Positions 7,991 to 17,237 of a stretch of 32,000 bases of DNA are shown piece after piece. Source of the stretch: Buchnera aphidicola (Neophyllaphis podocarpi) (GTDB taxonomy: Bacteria > Pseudomonadota > Gammaproteobacteria > Enterobacterales > Enterobacteriaceae); NCBI RefSeq assembly GCF_964059055.1, contig NZ_OZ060386.1, positions 330,001 to 362,000 on the forward strand, in the 5' to 3' direction. Positions within the stretch are counted from its first letter, which is position 1; the number at the start of each line of letters is the position of its first letter. The position numbers and the translations under genes are program-made. The notes beneath the pieces were generated by a model. That model made no database searches, was not told where the DNA came from, and saw only the letters and a program-made list of their open reading frames with translations.

Positions 7991-8632
7991 ATGAAAGGCA
8001 AATTTATTGTAATAGAAGGAATAGAAGGTGCAGGTAAAACTAGCGCTATTAATTATATAGCTCACATTTTACGGAAAGAACATAAAATAAAAAAAATTAA
8101 AATAGTACGTGAACCTGGAAATACACCTATTGCAGAAAAATTAAGAAAGTTAATAAAAAAAGGAAACAAAAATGAAGAACTAACAGACATATCCATGTTA
8201 TTATTGATCTATGCCGCTAGAATACAATTAATCAAAAAAATCATAAAACCTTCTATAAAAAAAGGTTCCTGGGTAATTGGAGATCGTCATACTTTATCTT
8301 CTTTTGCATATCAAGGAGGAGGTTTTAAGATAGAAGATAAAATAATTAACAAAATTCATAAAATATCTATGGATAATTTTAAACCAAATTTGACGTTATT
8401 TTTAGATGTTTTACCTTCTATTGGATTAAAACGTATTCTTTCAAGAAAAAATAGAGATATCATAGAAAATAAATCAATTAATTTTTTTAAAAATACTAGA
8501 AAAAAGTATATTAAATTAATTAAACATGATAAAAAAATTATAAAAATTAATGCAAATCTAAAAATTAATCAAGTTTATAGATTAATTAAAAATAAATTAA
8601 ATAGTTGGATAAAAATAGAAAAGTGTTTATAA
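7991..8632 (+). CDS. tmk: Thymidylate kinase
   Basis: MKGKFIVIEGIEGAGKT (P-loop), REPGNTPIAEKLR, GDRHTLSSFAYQGGG, colinear with E. coli Tmk (MRSKYIVIEGLEGAGKTT). The ORF track starts at in-frame GTG 7982. ATG 7991 matches the E. coli N-terminus better, so the start is uncertain by 9 nt. Confidence 0.9.
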   Translation: MKGKFIVIEGIEGAGKTSAINYIAHILRKEHKIKKIKIVREPGNTPIAEKLRKLIKKGNKNEELTDISMLLLIYAARIQLIKKIIKPSIKKGSWVIGDRHTLSSFAYQGGGFKIEDKIINKIHKISMDNFKPNLTLFLDVLPSIGLKRILSRKNRDIIENKSINFFKNTRKKYIKLIKHDKKIIKINANLKINQVYRLIKNKLNSWIKIEKCL

Positions 8633-9603
8633 GTTTACTGCCATGGTTAATTTCTCCTTATGAAAAATTTATTCTAAAACGTAAAAAAAAATTAGCAAAT
8701 AAAAATATTTTAATAAAATCAGAAGTAGAATTAGGAGCTAAATTTTTATTGTGGCAAATAAGTCGTTTAATATTATGCAAAAATAATAAACATAACAATA
8801 TTTGTGATAAATGTTATGAATGCAATTTAATGAAATTAAAAAACCATCCAGATTTTTATTATATAAATAGTAAAAAAATAGGAATAGAAGAAATAAAAGA
8901 ATTAAAATTGAAAATATTTATAAAACCTCAAATAAACCAAAATAAAATAATCTGGTTGTCTAATATAGAAAATATATCAGAATACGGAATAAATTCTTTA
9001 TTAAAAATATTAGAAGAACCACCTACAAATGTATGGTTTTTAATGTATCATGAAGGATCTACAGAAATCACAAAAACATTAAATAGTAGATGTATTAAAT
9101 ACCTATTAAAAACCCCTGCAGAAAAAACAAGTTTAATGTGGTTAAAAACTAAAAATAATTATACAAAATATACGAATTTAACTGCTTTAAGATTAAATAA
9201 TAATTCACCTATATTAGCCAAAAAATTCTTAGATAGTTTTTTTATGAAAGAAAAAAATAATTTGTTTAAAATTTTAAATTATTCTATCAATGAATTAAAT
9301 CTAATGAACTTATTACCTTTAATGCAAAAAAATAACACAATAATTAAAATTAATTGGATATACATTCTATTATTAGATGCTATTAAATTAAAAAATCAAA
9401 TAAATGAGTATTTAATAAATTTGGATAATCTAAATTTAATTAAAAAACTATCTATGAAATATTCGTATGAAAAATTATTTTTTAGTATAAAATTTTGGAT
9501 TAAATGTAAAAAAAGAATAATTAAAATAAAAGGTATTAATTATCAATTAATATTGACAGAACAATTATTAAAATGGGAAGAAATTTTAGATTTTAAACAA
9601 TAA
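8605..9603 (+). CDS. holB: DNA polymerase III delta-prime subunit
   Basis: LPWLISPYEKF aligns with E. coli YPWLRPDFEKL, and LLKILEEPPTNVWFLM...LNSRCIKY with LLKTLEEPPAETWFFL...LRSRCRLH. The gene overlaps the tmk 3' end. The start is either TTG 8605 or GTG 8623. Confidence 0.82.
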   Translation: MDKNRKVFISLLPWLISPYEKFILKRKKKLANKNILIKSEVELGAKFLLWQISRLILCKNNKHNNICDKCYECNLMKLKNHPDFYYINSKKIGIEEIKELKLKIFIKPQINQNKIIWLSNIENISEYGINSLLKILEEPPTNVWFLMYHEGSTEITKTLNSRCIKYLLKTPAEKTSLMWLKTKNNYTKYTNLTALRLNNNSPILAKKFLDSFFMKEKNNLFKILNYSINELNLMNLLPLMQKNNTIIKINWIYILLLDAIKLKNQINEYLINLDNLNLIKKLSMKYSYEKLFFSIKFWIKCKKRIIKIKGINYQLILTEQLLKWEEILDFKQ

Positions 9604-9622
9604 ATTAAAAGAGATATATCTT

Positions 9623-10417
9623 ATGTTTTTAGTAGATTCTCACTGTCATATTAGTAATTTAAATTCAATTAATGATAATATTTTAATAAATAATATAATA
9701 AATAGAGCTTTTAAAAAAAATATTAAATTTATTTTAGCTGTATCTACATCGATTAAAGATTTTTATAAAATAAAAAAAATAATAAAAAACAAAAAAAATA
9801 TAAAATGTTCTTGTGGAATTCATCCTTCATATATAAATAATAAAGAAGATTTTACAGAGTTAAAAAAAATATCTAAATATAATTTAGTTATAGCAATAGG
9901 TGAAACAGGATTAGATTATTATAAATGTTATACTCCCAAAACAAAACAACAAAATATTTTTCGTAAACATATAAATATTGCGTGCTCAGAAAAAAAACCA
10001 CTAATAGTACATACAAGAAATGCTATTCAAGATACCTTATCAATATTAAAAGAAGAAAAAGCAGAAAAATGTAGTGGAGTAATTCATTGTTTTAATGAAG
10101 ATATAATAGCAGCTAAAAAAATACTAGATATAAATTTTTATATTTCTTTTTCTGGAATTATAACTTTTAAAAATACAAATAAATTCATAGATATCATTAA
10201 ATTTGTTCCTATAAGTAAAATTCTTATAGAAACTGATTCTCCATACTTATCACCTGAACCATATAGAGGTATAAAAAATGAGCCATCTTTTTTAATAGAA
10301 ATTGCTAAAAAAATAGCTATTATTAAAAATAAAAGTGTTAATGAAATAGCAAAACAAACAACAAAAAATTTTTTTAAATTATTTAATAAAGTTACAAACT
10401 TTAACATGAAACATTAA
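9623..10417 (+). CDS. ycfH: TatD-family metal-dependent deoxyribonuclease/hydrolase YcfH
   Basis: 264-aa ORF with TatD motifs: N-terminal VDSHCHI, GETGLDYY, IHCF and ETDSPYL. Its position after holB matches E. coli. Confidence 0.85.
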   Translation: MFLVDSHCHISNLNSINDNILINNIINRAFKKNIKFILAVSTSIKDFYKIKKIIKNKKNIKCSCGIHPSYINNKEDFTELKKISKYNLVIAIGETGLDYYKCYTPKTKQQNIFRKHINIACSEKKPLIVHTRNAIQDTLSILKEEKAEKCSGVIHCFNEDIIAAKKILDINFYISFSGIITFKNTNKFIDIIKFVPISKILIETDSPYLSPEPYRGIKNEPSFLIEIAKKIAIIKNKSVNEIAKQTTKNFFKLFNKVTNFNMKH

Positions 10418-10492
10418 CAATTTTTATTTAAATATTTTACTATTGTATTAATTATTATAAAAAAAAATATTTATTATTTAGGATTTTATAAA

Positions 10493-11938
10493 ATGTTCAA
10501 AAATTCATTTGCAAACTTGCAAAAAGTAGGTAAATCACTAATGTTACCTGTATCAGTATTACCTATAGCAGGTATTTTATTAGGACTAGGATCTGCCAAT
10601 TTTGTATTTATTCCTAATATCATGTCACACATTATGGCTGAAGCAGGAAGCTCTGTATTTAATAACATGCCATTAATATTTGCTATAGGTGTAGCATTAG
10701 GATTTACAAATAACGATGGAGTTGCTGCTTTAGCTGCCGTGATTGCATATGGCATAATGATAAAGACTTTAAATGTTGTAACATCTTTTAATGTAGTAAA
10801 TAAAATTTTACTACATAATAGCATTATACCAATTAAACAATTAAATGATACTGGAATATTAGGAGGTATAATAGCAGGAGCAGTAGCTGCATTCATGTTT
10901 AATAAATTTTATCGTATTAAATTACCAGAGTATCTAGGATTTTTTGCAGGTAAAAGATTTGTTCCTATTATTTCTGGTTTAGCATCTATTATATTAGGAA
11001 TAATACTATCATTTATATGGCCTCACATAGGATTTTTAATTAAAAAATTTTCTGAATGGGCTGCTTACCAAAATCCTATTTTAGCCTTTGGAATATATGG
11101 AATTGTTGAAAGAACACTAGTACCATTTGGCTTACATCACATATGGAATGTTCCATTTCAAATGCAGATAGGTGAATATATTAACTCTTCAGGCCAAATA
11201 TTTCATGGAGATATTTCAAGATATATGGCTGGAGATATGACAGCAGGAAAATTATCCGGAGGTTTTTTATTCAAAATGTATGGTTTACCAGCTGCTGCTA
11301 TAGCAATATGGCATAGTTCTAAAAAAGAAAATAAAGCTAAGATAGGAGGAATAATGCTATCAGCAGCATTAACGGCTTTTCTTACAGGAATAACAGAACC
11401 TATAGAATTTTCTTTTATTTTGGTAGCTCCAATTTTATATGTCATTCACGCAATATTAGCAGGTTTAGCTTTTCCTTTATGCATAGCATTAGATATGAAA
11501 TCTGGAACTAGTTTTTCTCACGGTTTAATTGATTTTTTAGTTTTAAGCGGTCATAGTAATAATATACTATTATTTCCTATAGTAGGAGTGATTTATGGAT
11601 TAATTTACTATCTTATATTTTATTTTGTAATAATTAAATTTAATTTAAAAACTCCTGGAAGAGAAGAATATTCAAAATATATTTTAACAAAAAAAGATGA
11701 TTCTGAAATAGCAAAACTTATAGTAGATGCCTTAGGAGGCAAAAAAAATATAAAAAACCTAGATGCTTGTATTACAAGATTAAGAGTAAGTGTTTTAGAA
11801 ATACAAAAGGTAAATAAAAATAAACTAAATAAATTAGGTGCAGCAGGAGTAATAATTTCAGGATTAGGAGTACAAGCAATTTTTGGTACAAAATCAGACA
11901 ACTTAAAAACAAAAATAGACGAATATTTAAATAAATAA
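10493..11938 (+). CDS. ptsG: PTS glucose-specific EIICB component
   Basis: 481-aa ORF. The N-terminus [33 protein letters not shown] is typical of the EIIC(Glc) family. The C-terminal EIIB domain carries the phospho-cysteine motif [10 protein letters not shown]. Confidence 0.95.
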   Translation: MFKNSFANLQKVGKSLMLPVSVLPIAGILLGLGSANFVFIPNIMSHIMAEAGSSVFNNMPLIFAIGVALGFTNNDGVAALAAVIAYGIMIKTLNVVTSFNVVNKILLHNSIIPIKQLNDTGILGGIIAGAVAAFMFNKFYRIKLPEYLGFFAGKRFVPIISGLASIILGIILSFIWPHIGFLIKKFSEWAAYQNPILAFGIYGIVERTLVPFGLHHIWNVPFQMQIGEYINSSGQIFHGDISRYMAGDMTAGKLSGGFLFKMYGLPAAAIAIWHSSKKENKAKIGGIMLSAALTAFLTGITEPIEFSFILVAPILYVIHAILAGLAFPLCIALDMKSGTSFSHGLIDFLVLSGHSNNILLFPIVGVIYGLIYYLIFYFVIIKFNLKTPGREEYSKYILTKKDDSEIAKLIVDALGGKKNIKNLDACITRLRVSVLEIQKVNKNKLNKLGAAGVIISGLGVQAIFGTKSDNLKTKIDEYLNK

Positions 11939-11983
11939 TTCTTATCACAAAATAAATAAAAATTACAAAAAAGAGAATAAATT

Positions 11984-12330
11984 ATGAAAAAAAAAATATT
12001 TTTGAAAAAATTATAAAAAAAGAAATAAAATCAGAAATAGTTTACCAAGATGAAAAAATTACAGCCTTTAAAGATATTAATCCTAAAGCTCCTATACATA
12101 TAATTATTGTACCAAATAAATTTATAAAAAATATGAATGAAATTACTATAAAACATAGCAAAATAATTTTTCATATGTTTTATACAGCAGTTAAAATAGC
12201 AAAAATGAAAAATATAGATTTTAGTGGATATAAATTAATTATAAATTGCAATAAAGATGGAGGACAAATAATTCCTTATTTACATATGCATTTAATAGGA
12301 GGTATAAAATTAAGTAATTTTATAGTTTAA
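11984..12330 (+). CDS. hinT: HIT-family purine nucleoside phosphoramidase HinT (YcfF), start codon out of frame with the body across an A10 tract (frameshifted; possibly rescued by slippage)
   Basis: SD AAGAGA (11971-11976) precedes ATG 11984, which reads ATG AAA AAA AAA ATA TTT TTG AAA AAA TTA TAA. The -1 frame from 11995 reads [42 protein letters not shown]...HMHLIGG. E. coli HinT is [45 protein letters not shown]...HMHLLGG. The first canonical start in the body frame is ATG 12133, which would lose the nucleotide-binding N-terminal half. Confidence 0.85.
11987..11996 (+). repeat. A10 homopolymer at the hinT frameshift site
   Basis: Counted directly: 11987-11996 are all A, immediately after ATG 11984-11986. 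Confidence 0.95.
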
Positions 12331-12446
12331 AACTTCTTAAATTATAATCAGAAATAAAATATAAAATTAACTTTAATATTTTTAAAAAATAAAAATTTAT
12401 AAGTAATACTAAAAATTATTATTTTATAATAAATTTATTTAATAAT

Positions 12447-12482
12447 TAAGTTAATATTAATTAATAAATTAATATTAACTTA
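12447..12482. terminator. Perfect 16-bp AT-rich hairpin between convergent hinT and ycaR (possible bidirectional terminator)
   Basis: 12447-12462 (taagttaatattaatt) is the exact reverse complement of 12467-12482, with a 4-nt loop (aata). Only one G:C pair is present, so it is thermodynamically weak. Confidence 0.35.
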
Positions 12483-12509
12483 TAAAAATAATTTTTATTA
12501 TATTATATA

Positions 12510-12662
12510 CTAATTATTAATTTTTAATAAATTAGGAATTTTATTATCAATAGGCCATATAATTTTATCATTATTACATATTAACTCATTTTTTGTACTA
12601 TTAAAAATTAATTTATTAAAACATATTGGACAAGCTAAAATATTTAATAAATTATTATCCAT
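12510..12662 (-). CDS. ycaR: Small Trm112-like/UPF0434 zinc-ribbon-type protein YcaR (50 aa)
   Basis: Not in the ORF track. Minus-strand translation from ATG (complement of 12660-12662) to TAG (12510-12512) gives MDNNLLNILACPICFNKLIFNSTKNELICNNDKIIWPIDNKIPNLLKINN. E. coli YcaR, recalled from memory, is [50 protein letters not shown]. Confidence 0.75.
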   Translation of the reverse strand: MDNNLLNILACPICFNKLIFNSTKNELICNNDKIIWPIDNKIPNLLKINN

Positions 12663-13366
12663 ATAAACTCAAAATAAAATGATAATATCATAAAATTATA
12701 ATATCATAAACTTATATTAAATTTTTATTAAAAAAGCTATAAAATACATTTTTATTCGAAATTATAATATAAATTTTTAAATAGAAATATTTAATTTATA
12801 ATTAAATAAAAATAAAACAATTTATGATTAACATTTTATTAAAATTAATAGTTAAATTTGATTTTTTGTATTATAAATTTCTATATTCAAAATAAATAAA
12901 TATAAAATATATTATTTGTAAAATTACATAATAAAAAAACTAAATTTTATTTATATAAAAATATTTATTATTAAAAAATATTAAAATATAAATTAGTATA
13001 GTTAATATAAAAAGTATAAATTCGATAAAATTTTTAATTTTTTAAAAAACTGAATTAAATATAAAAATCATAAAAATAAATTTAGTAATCAAAAAATTTA
13101 ATTTATATATATATATTAAAAAAATTTTAGTTATATAAAAATATAATAATTAAATTAAATTTTATTTTATTAAATTAAATTAGATTTAACTTAAAAAGTA
13201 AATTAATATTATTTTTAAAATTTAATTATATTAATTTTTAAAATTAAATATCTTTATAAAAACAAAATTAAAATATTATATTTAATATATAGATTTAAGA
13301 AAATAAAATTAAAATAAAAATATTTTTTACATAATTGTGACTTTAAAAATAAATATAAATAAAATT
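12663..13366. other. 704-bp gene-free hyper-AT spacer (about 5% G+C by line counts); no ORF and no structured-RNA-like G+C island
   Basis: The track shows no ORF on either strand. Individual 60-nt lines contain only 2-4 G/C. The spacer contains a short (TA)6 run at 13104-13116. Confidence 0.6.
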
Positions 13367-14770
13367 TTAAAAATTAGCATTATGTATTGTTCTTGGAAAA
13401 GGAGCTATATCTTTAATATTTTTAATACCTGTAACATAAGATAAAAGTCTTTCAAATCCTAAACCAAAACCAGAATGAGGAACTGTACCATAAACACGGA
13501 GATCACGATACCACCAATAATCTTCTTTTTTTAGTCCTAACTCTTTAATTCTATCATCTAACTCTGTTAATCTCTCTTCTCTTTGAGATCCTCCAATTAG
13601 TTCACCTACTCTAGGTACTAATAAATCCATAGAAGCTACGGTTTTATTGTCATCGTTTAGTCTCATATAAAAAGCTTTCATACTTTTAGGAAAATTTTTA
13701 ATAAAAACAATTTTTTTAAAATGTTGTTCACAAATATATTTTTCTTGTTCTGATGATAAATCATCTCCAAACAATATTTTTTTATTATTAAAGTTTACAT
13801 TAGCATTATTTAATATTTCAATTACTTCACAATAATCAATTTGTATAAAATTATATTCTAAACTTTGTTCTAATTTATCTAATAAATTTATATTCGTATA
13901 TTCTGAAAAAAAAATAAGTTCATCTTTACATTTTTTTAATAAAATATTAAATAAATATTTTAAAAATAACTCAACAAAAATTATTATATGATTTAAATCA
14001 CTAAATGCTATCTCTAATTCTAACATCCAAAATTCTGATAAATGTCTACTTGTATTTGAGTTTTCAGCTCTGAAAGTAGGACCAAAAGAATAAACGTTAG
14101 ATAAAGCACAAGCATATGCTTCTAAATTTAATTGACCAGAAACAGTTAAAAATGTTTTTTTACCAAAAAAATTATCTTTATAAATACCATGATTAAAATT
14201 ATAATCATTTTTTGTTTTTTGAGAAGACGATGAAACAGAAAAAGTATCTCCAGCGCCTTCAGTATTAATACTTGTAATTATAGGAGTAGGAACCCAAAAA
14301 AAACCTTTACGATGCAAAAATTTATGCAAATAATAGTTTAGAGTATTTCTTACTCTGGATATTGATCCTATGATATTAGTTCTAGGCCTTAAATGAGCTA
14401 CTTCTCTTAAATATTCTAAGGTATGTTTTTTAGAAGAAATAGGATATGTATTTGGATTAAATACTGATCCAGCAATTTTTATTTCTTTAGATAAAATTTC
14501 ATATTTTTGTAAATTACCTAAAGAATTTATTATTTTTCCTTTAACAGTTAATGAACATCCTGTTGTTATATTTATAATTTCACTATAATAATTATTTAAA
14601 GTATTTTTAGATATTATTTGTATAGTATTTAAACAAGAACCATCATATAAATTAATAAAAGAAATACCTATTTTAGAATCTCTTTTTGTACGAACCCAGC
14701 CATTAATAATAATATCAGAGTTTAGATTAAAATTACCTTGATATATATCTTTGATAGTAATAACTTTCAT
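13367..14770 (-). CDS. asnS: Asparaginyl-tRNA synthetase
   Basis: 467-aa ORF colinear with E. coli AsnS throughout (GWVRTKRDSKIGISF, REVAHLRPRTN, FGPTFRAENSNTSRHLSEFWMLE, GGSQREER, GTVPHSGFGLGFERL, PFPRT). Confidence 0.97.
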   Translation of the reverse strand: MKVITIKDIYQGNFNLNSDIIINGWVRTKRDSKIGISFINLYDGSCLNTIQIISKNTLNNYYSEIINITTGCSLTVKGKIINSLGNLQKYEILSKEIKIAGSVFNPNTYPISSKKHTLEYLREVAHLRPRTNIIGSISRVRNTLNYYLHKFLHRKGFFWVPTPIITSINTEGAGDTFSVSSSSQKTKNDYNFNHGIYKDNFFGKKTFLTVSGQLNLEAYACALSNVYSFGPTFRAENSNTSRHLSEFWMLELEIAFSDLNHIIIFVELFLKYLFNILLKKCKDELIFFSEYTNINLLDKLEQSLEYNFIQIDYCEVIEILNNANVNFNNKKILFGDDLSSEQEKYICEQHFKKIVFIKNFPKSMKAFYMRLNDDNKTVASMDLLVPRVGELIGGSQREERLTELDDRIKELGLKKEDYWWYRDLRVYGTVPHSGFGLGFERLLSYVTGIKNIKDIAPFPRTIHNANF

Positions 14771-14786
14771 TAAATTACCTTATCTT

Positions 14787-14844
14787 AAATTTCTTTATTT
14801 TTACCAGTATATTATAAAATGTACTGATAAAAATAAAGAAATTT
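14787..14844 (-). terminator. Long inverted repeat (23-nt arms) between the pncB stop and the asnS start; candidate pncB terminator or asnS leader structure
   Basis: Arms 14787-14809 (aaatttctttatttttaccagta) and 14822-14844 (tactgataaaaataaagaaattt) pair at 22 of 23 positions. The odd position (14804/14827) is C.A on the plus strand but G.U on the minus-strand RNA, which is the sense of both flanking genes. The loop is 12 nt. Confidence 0.6.
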
Positions 14845-14845
14845 A

Positions 14846-16084
14846 CTAAAAGTTATTTTTTATATTACATATATTAAAAGCTTTCTTTAAAGAAAGAATA
14901 AAATCTTTATCATAACAAACAGTTTTTCCTGGACTATCTGATAGTTTAGCAACTGGCTTATTGTTACATTTTATTAATTTTATAACTATATTAAGAGGTT
15001 TTATATGAGGAATATCACATGTTAATTTAGTACCCAAACCAAAAATTAAATTTACTCTATTACTAAAATGACGATATAAATATATAATTTTATTAAAATT
15101 TAAATTATCAGAAAATAACAAAGTTTTTTTTATAGGATTTATACCTAATTTATTATAATGATTTAATATTTTTTCTCCCCAAATAAAAGGATTACCAGAA
15201 TCATGTCTTACTCCTTTATAACGATTAGCAAATTCAAAATTAAAATCATTCAAAAATGCATCAGAAGTAATACAATCTGTAAGAGCAATATTCAAGTGAT
15301 TATCATATTGATCTAGCCAAATCTTTAAAGCCAATCTTTGACTATACTTTAATTTTTTACTAATTTGCTGATGAGCTTGAAACCATTCATGTGATTGAGT
15401 ACCAACTGGTTCTATTTTTAATAAACGAGCTATATGATAATTGCTAGAACCTATAAACCAAGGAAATTCTTTAATAAGAGTTTTTATAATATTAAAATGA
15501 ACCGTATAAGAAAATCGTCTTCTAGTACCAAAATCTATTATTTTTAATTTAGATAAATCAAGATCATTAGTATTTTTTTTAAAATGATCAATTTTTTCAT
15601 ATAAATAATTGATAGCATGCTTTGAATTAATTTTAGAATTACGATTTTTATGAACTATTTCACTAATTAAAGCTAATATAGGAACTTCCCATAATATAAC
15701 TTCTCTCCAAGGACCACTAATACTAATTTGTAATTTACCGTAATAATTATTTAATTTAATTTGATTAGTGTCATAACGAAATTTTTTTAACCAATTTATA
15801 TAATCTTTTTTAAAAAATGGTAATGATGAGATGTATTTAAATTCTATATCACTCAATTTTAAATTATCCATCATTTTAATTTGATACATTATCAGATCAG
15901 AATAATACCCTAAATAATCATTATCACGACAAATAAGTTTAGCTACTACATTAATATTATAATAACTGTAAAATACAGCTTGTTGCATATATAATTTATA
16001 TGCATCTGTATCAAGAAAATGTTTCAATATAGGATATTCAAATTTTTTAAAATAATTTTTAATCATTATATTTGTATAGTACAT
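14846..16084 (-). CDS. pncB: Nicotinate phosphoribosyltransferase
   Basis: 412-aa ORF colinear with E. coli PncB ([69 protein letters not shown]). The true start may be the internal ATG at 16066 (MIKNYF...). Confidence 0.92.
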   Translation of the reverse strand: MYYTNIMIKNYFKKFEYPILKHFLDTDAYKLYMQQAVFYSYYNINVVAKLICRDNDYLGYYSDLIMYQIKMMDNLKLSDIEFKYISSLPFFKKDYINWLKKFRYDTNQIKLNNYYGKLQISISGPWREVILWEVPILALISEIVHKNRNSKINSKHAINYLYEKIDHFKKNTNDLDLSKLKIIDFGTRRRFSYTVHFNIIKTLIKEFPWFIGSSNYHIARLLKIEPVGTQSHEWFQAHQQISKKLKYSQRLALKIWLDQYDNHLNIALTDCITSDAFLNDFNFEFANRYKGVRHDSGNPFIWGEKILNHYNKLGINPIKKTLLFSDNLNFNKIIYLYRHFSNRVNLIFGLGTKLTCDIPHIKPLNIVIKLIKCNNKPVAKLSDSPGKTVCYDKDFILSLKKAFNICNIKNNF

Positions 16085-16100
16085 TTTTATGGAATAAAAA

Positions 16101-16141
16101 TAATTTACAAAAATGTTTTAAAAATATATTTTCGTAAATTA
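16101..16141 (-). terminator. Imperfect hairpin between the yceA stop and the pncB start
   Basis: 16101-16116 pairs with 16126-16141 over 16 positions, with one mismatch and one wobble on either strand. The sequence is AT-rich and this could be chance. Confidence 0.25.
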
Positions 16142-16191
16142 ATTTTTAATATATATAAAATTTTAAATAAAAATATATAAAAAACCTATTG

Positions 16192-17148
16192 TTATAGAAG
16201 ATTATAAGTCTTATTAAAAAAATTATATTTACAAGCCAAAGAGCAATATTTATCTAAACTATTCCTGCAATATTTACATTGTATAAAAAGCAAATGACAA
16301 GAACTATTTTTACAATTTATATAAGTATCACAAAGATTATTACATTGATGACAAGAAGATATTATGTTATTTGAATAATCTTCAATCATACGCGCATCAA
16401 AAACAAAGAGTTTTCCTTGAAAGTAATTAGGTAAATTAAACTTATGTACATCACGTAAATATTTTAAGATACCACCTTTTATATGATATACATTTTTAAA
16501 ATTATTATTAAGTAACAAAGAGGTAGATTTTTCGCATCTAATACCACCAGTACAATACATTAATATCTTTTTATTTTTAAATTTTATTAATAAACTTAAT
16601 ATATCTTGCATTTGTTGTTTAAAAGTTTTAGCTCTAACATTTATAGAATTTACAAAATGTCCTATTTCATACTCATAATAATTACGCATATCTACTAATA
16701 CGGCAGAAGAATCTTCAATCATATTATTAACTTCTATAGCATTTAAATATATTCCATTATTTTTATTATTAAATTTATTACAAATAATACCATCAGAAAC
16801 AATTTGTTTTTTAATTCTGACATACAATTTATTAAATGGTATTTTACTATAACTTAGGGCTAAATTCATATACAAATTATTTAATTCAGATTTTAAAAGA
16901 TATATGAATAATTTCATTTTATGATAAAAAACCAAAGGTACACTAATTTGAGCATTAATACCTTCAAAAGATATATAAACTCTACCTAAAATATTCATTT
17001 TATTAAAATTTATATGAATAAAATCACGAAATAATTCCGGTTTACTAATATAAAAATATTTATAAAAAGAAACTATCTTAATTTTATGTATTTTATTTTT
17101 TTTTTTGTTCAACAAACTTTTTTTATCTTTACTCAACAAAAATGACAT
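16192..17148 (-). CDS. trhO: Rhodanese-domain protein YceA (tRNA U34 hydroxylase TrhO family)
   Basis: Colinear with E. coli YceA (SFYKYF.I, GRVY...EGINAQISVP, DMRN.YEYE.GHF, MYCTGGIRCEK, C-terminal HCHQC...CKN..CHLLFIQC). The ORF track starts at TTG 17160. ATG at the complement of 17146-17148 (MSFLLSK...) is preferred. Confidence 0.87.
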   Translation of the reverse strand: MSFLLSKDKKSLLNKKKNKIHKIKIVSFYKYFYISKPELFRDFIHINFNKMNILGRVYISFEGINAQISVPLVFYHKMKLFIYLLKSELNNLYMNLALSYSKIPFNKLYVRIKKQIVSDGIICNKFNNKNNGIYLNAIEVNNMIEDSSAVLVDMRNYYEYEIGHFVNSINVRAKTFKQQMQDILSLLIKFKNKKILMYCTGGIRCEKSTSLLLNNNFKNVYHIKGGILKYLRDVHKFNLPNYFQGKLFVFDARMIEDYSNNIISSCHQCNNLCDTYINCKNSSCHLLFIQCKYCRNSLDKYCSLACKYNFFNKTYNLL

Positions 17149-17237
17149 TAAATTCACCAAATATTTATATAATTTTAAATTTATATTTTAAAAGCTAACT
17201 ATTTATCAAAAATATCATTTATAATAAAAATATAATT

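Noticed and set aside
10138-11901. Four minus-strand ORFs (10138-10407, 10486-10896, 11203-11445, 11620-11901)
   Set aside because: They are antisense shadows of ycfH and ptsG. The plus-strand proteins are colinear with well-known families and the antisense products are not.
13104-13116. (TA)6 microsatellite
   Set aside because: It is short and expected in about 95% A+T sequence. There is no evidence of function or variability.
12663-13366. The hyper-AT spacer as a replication origin
   Set aside because: I found no cluster of DnaA-box-like 9-mers (TTATCCACA or its complement). The flanking genes are not the usual oriC neighbours.
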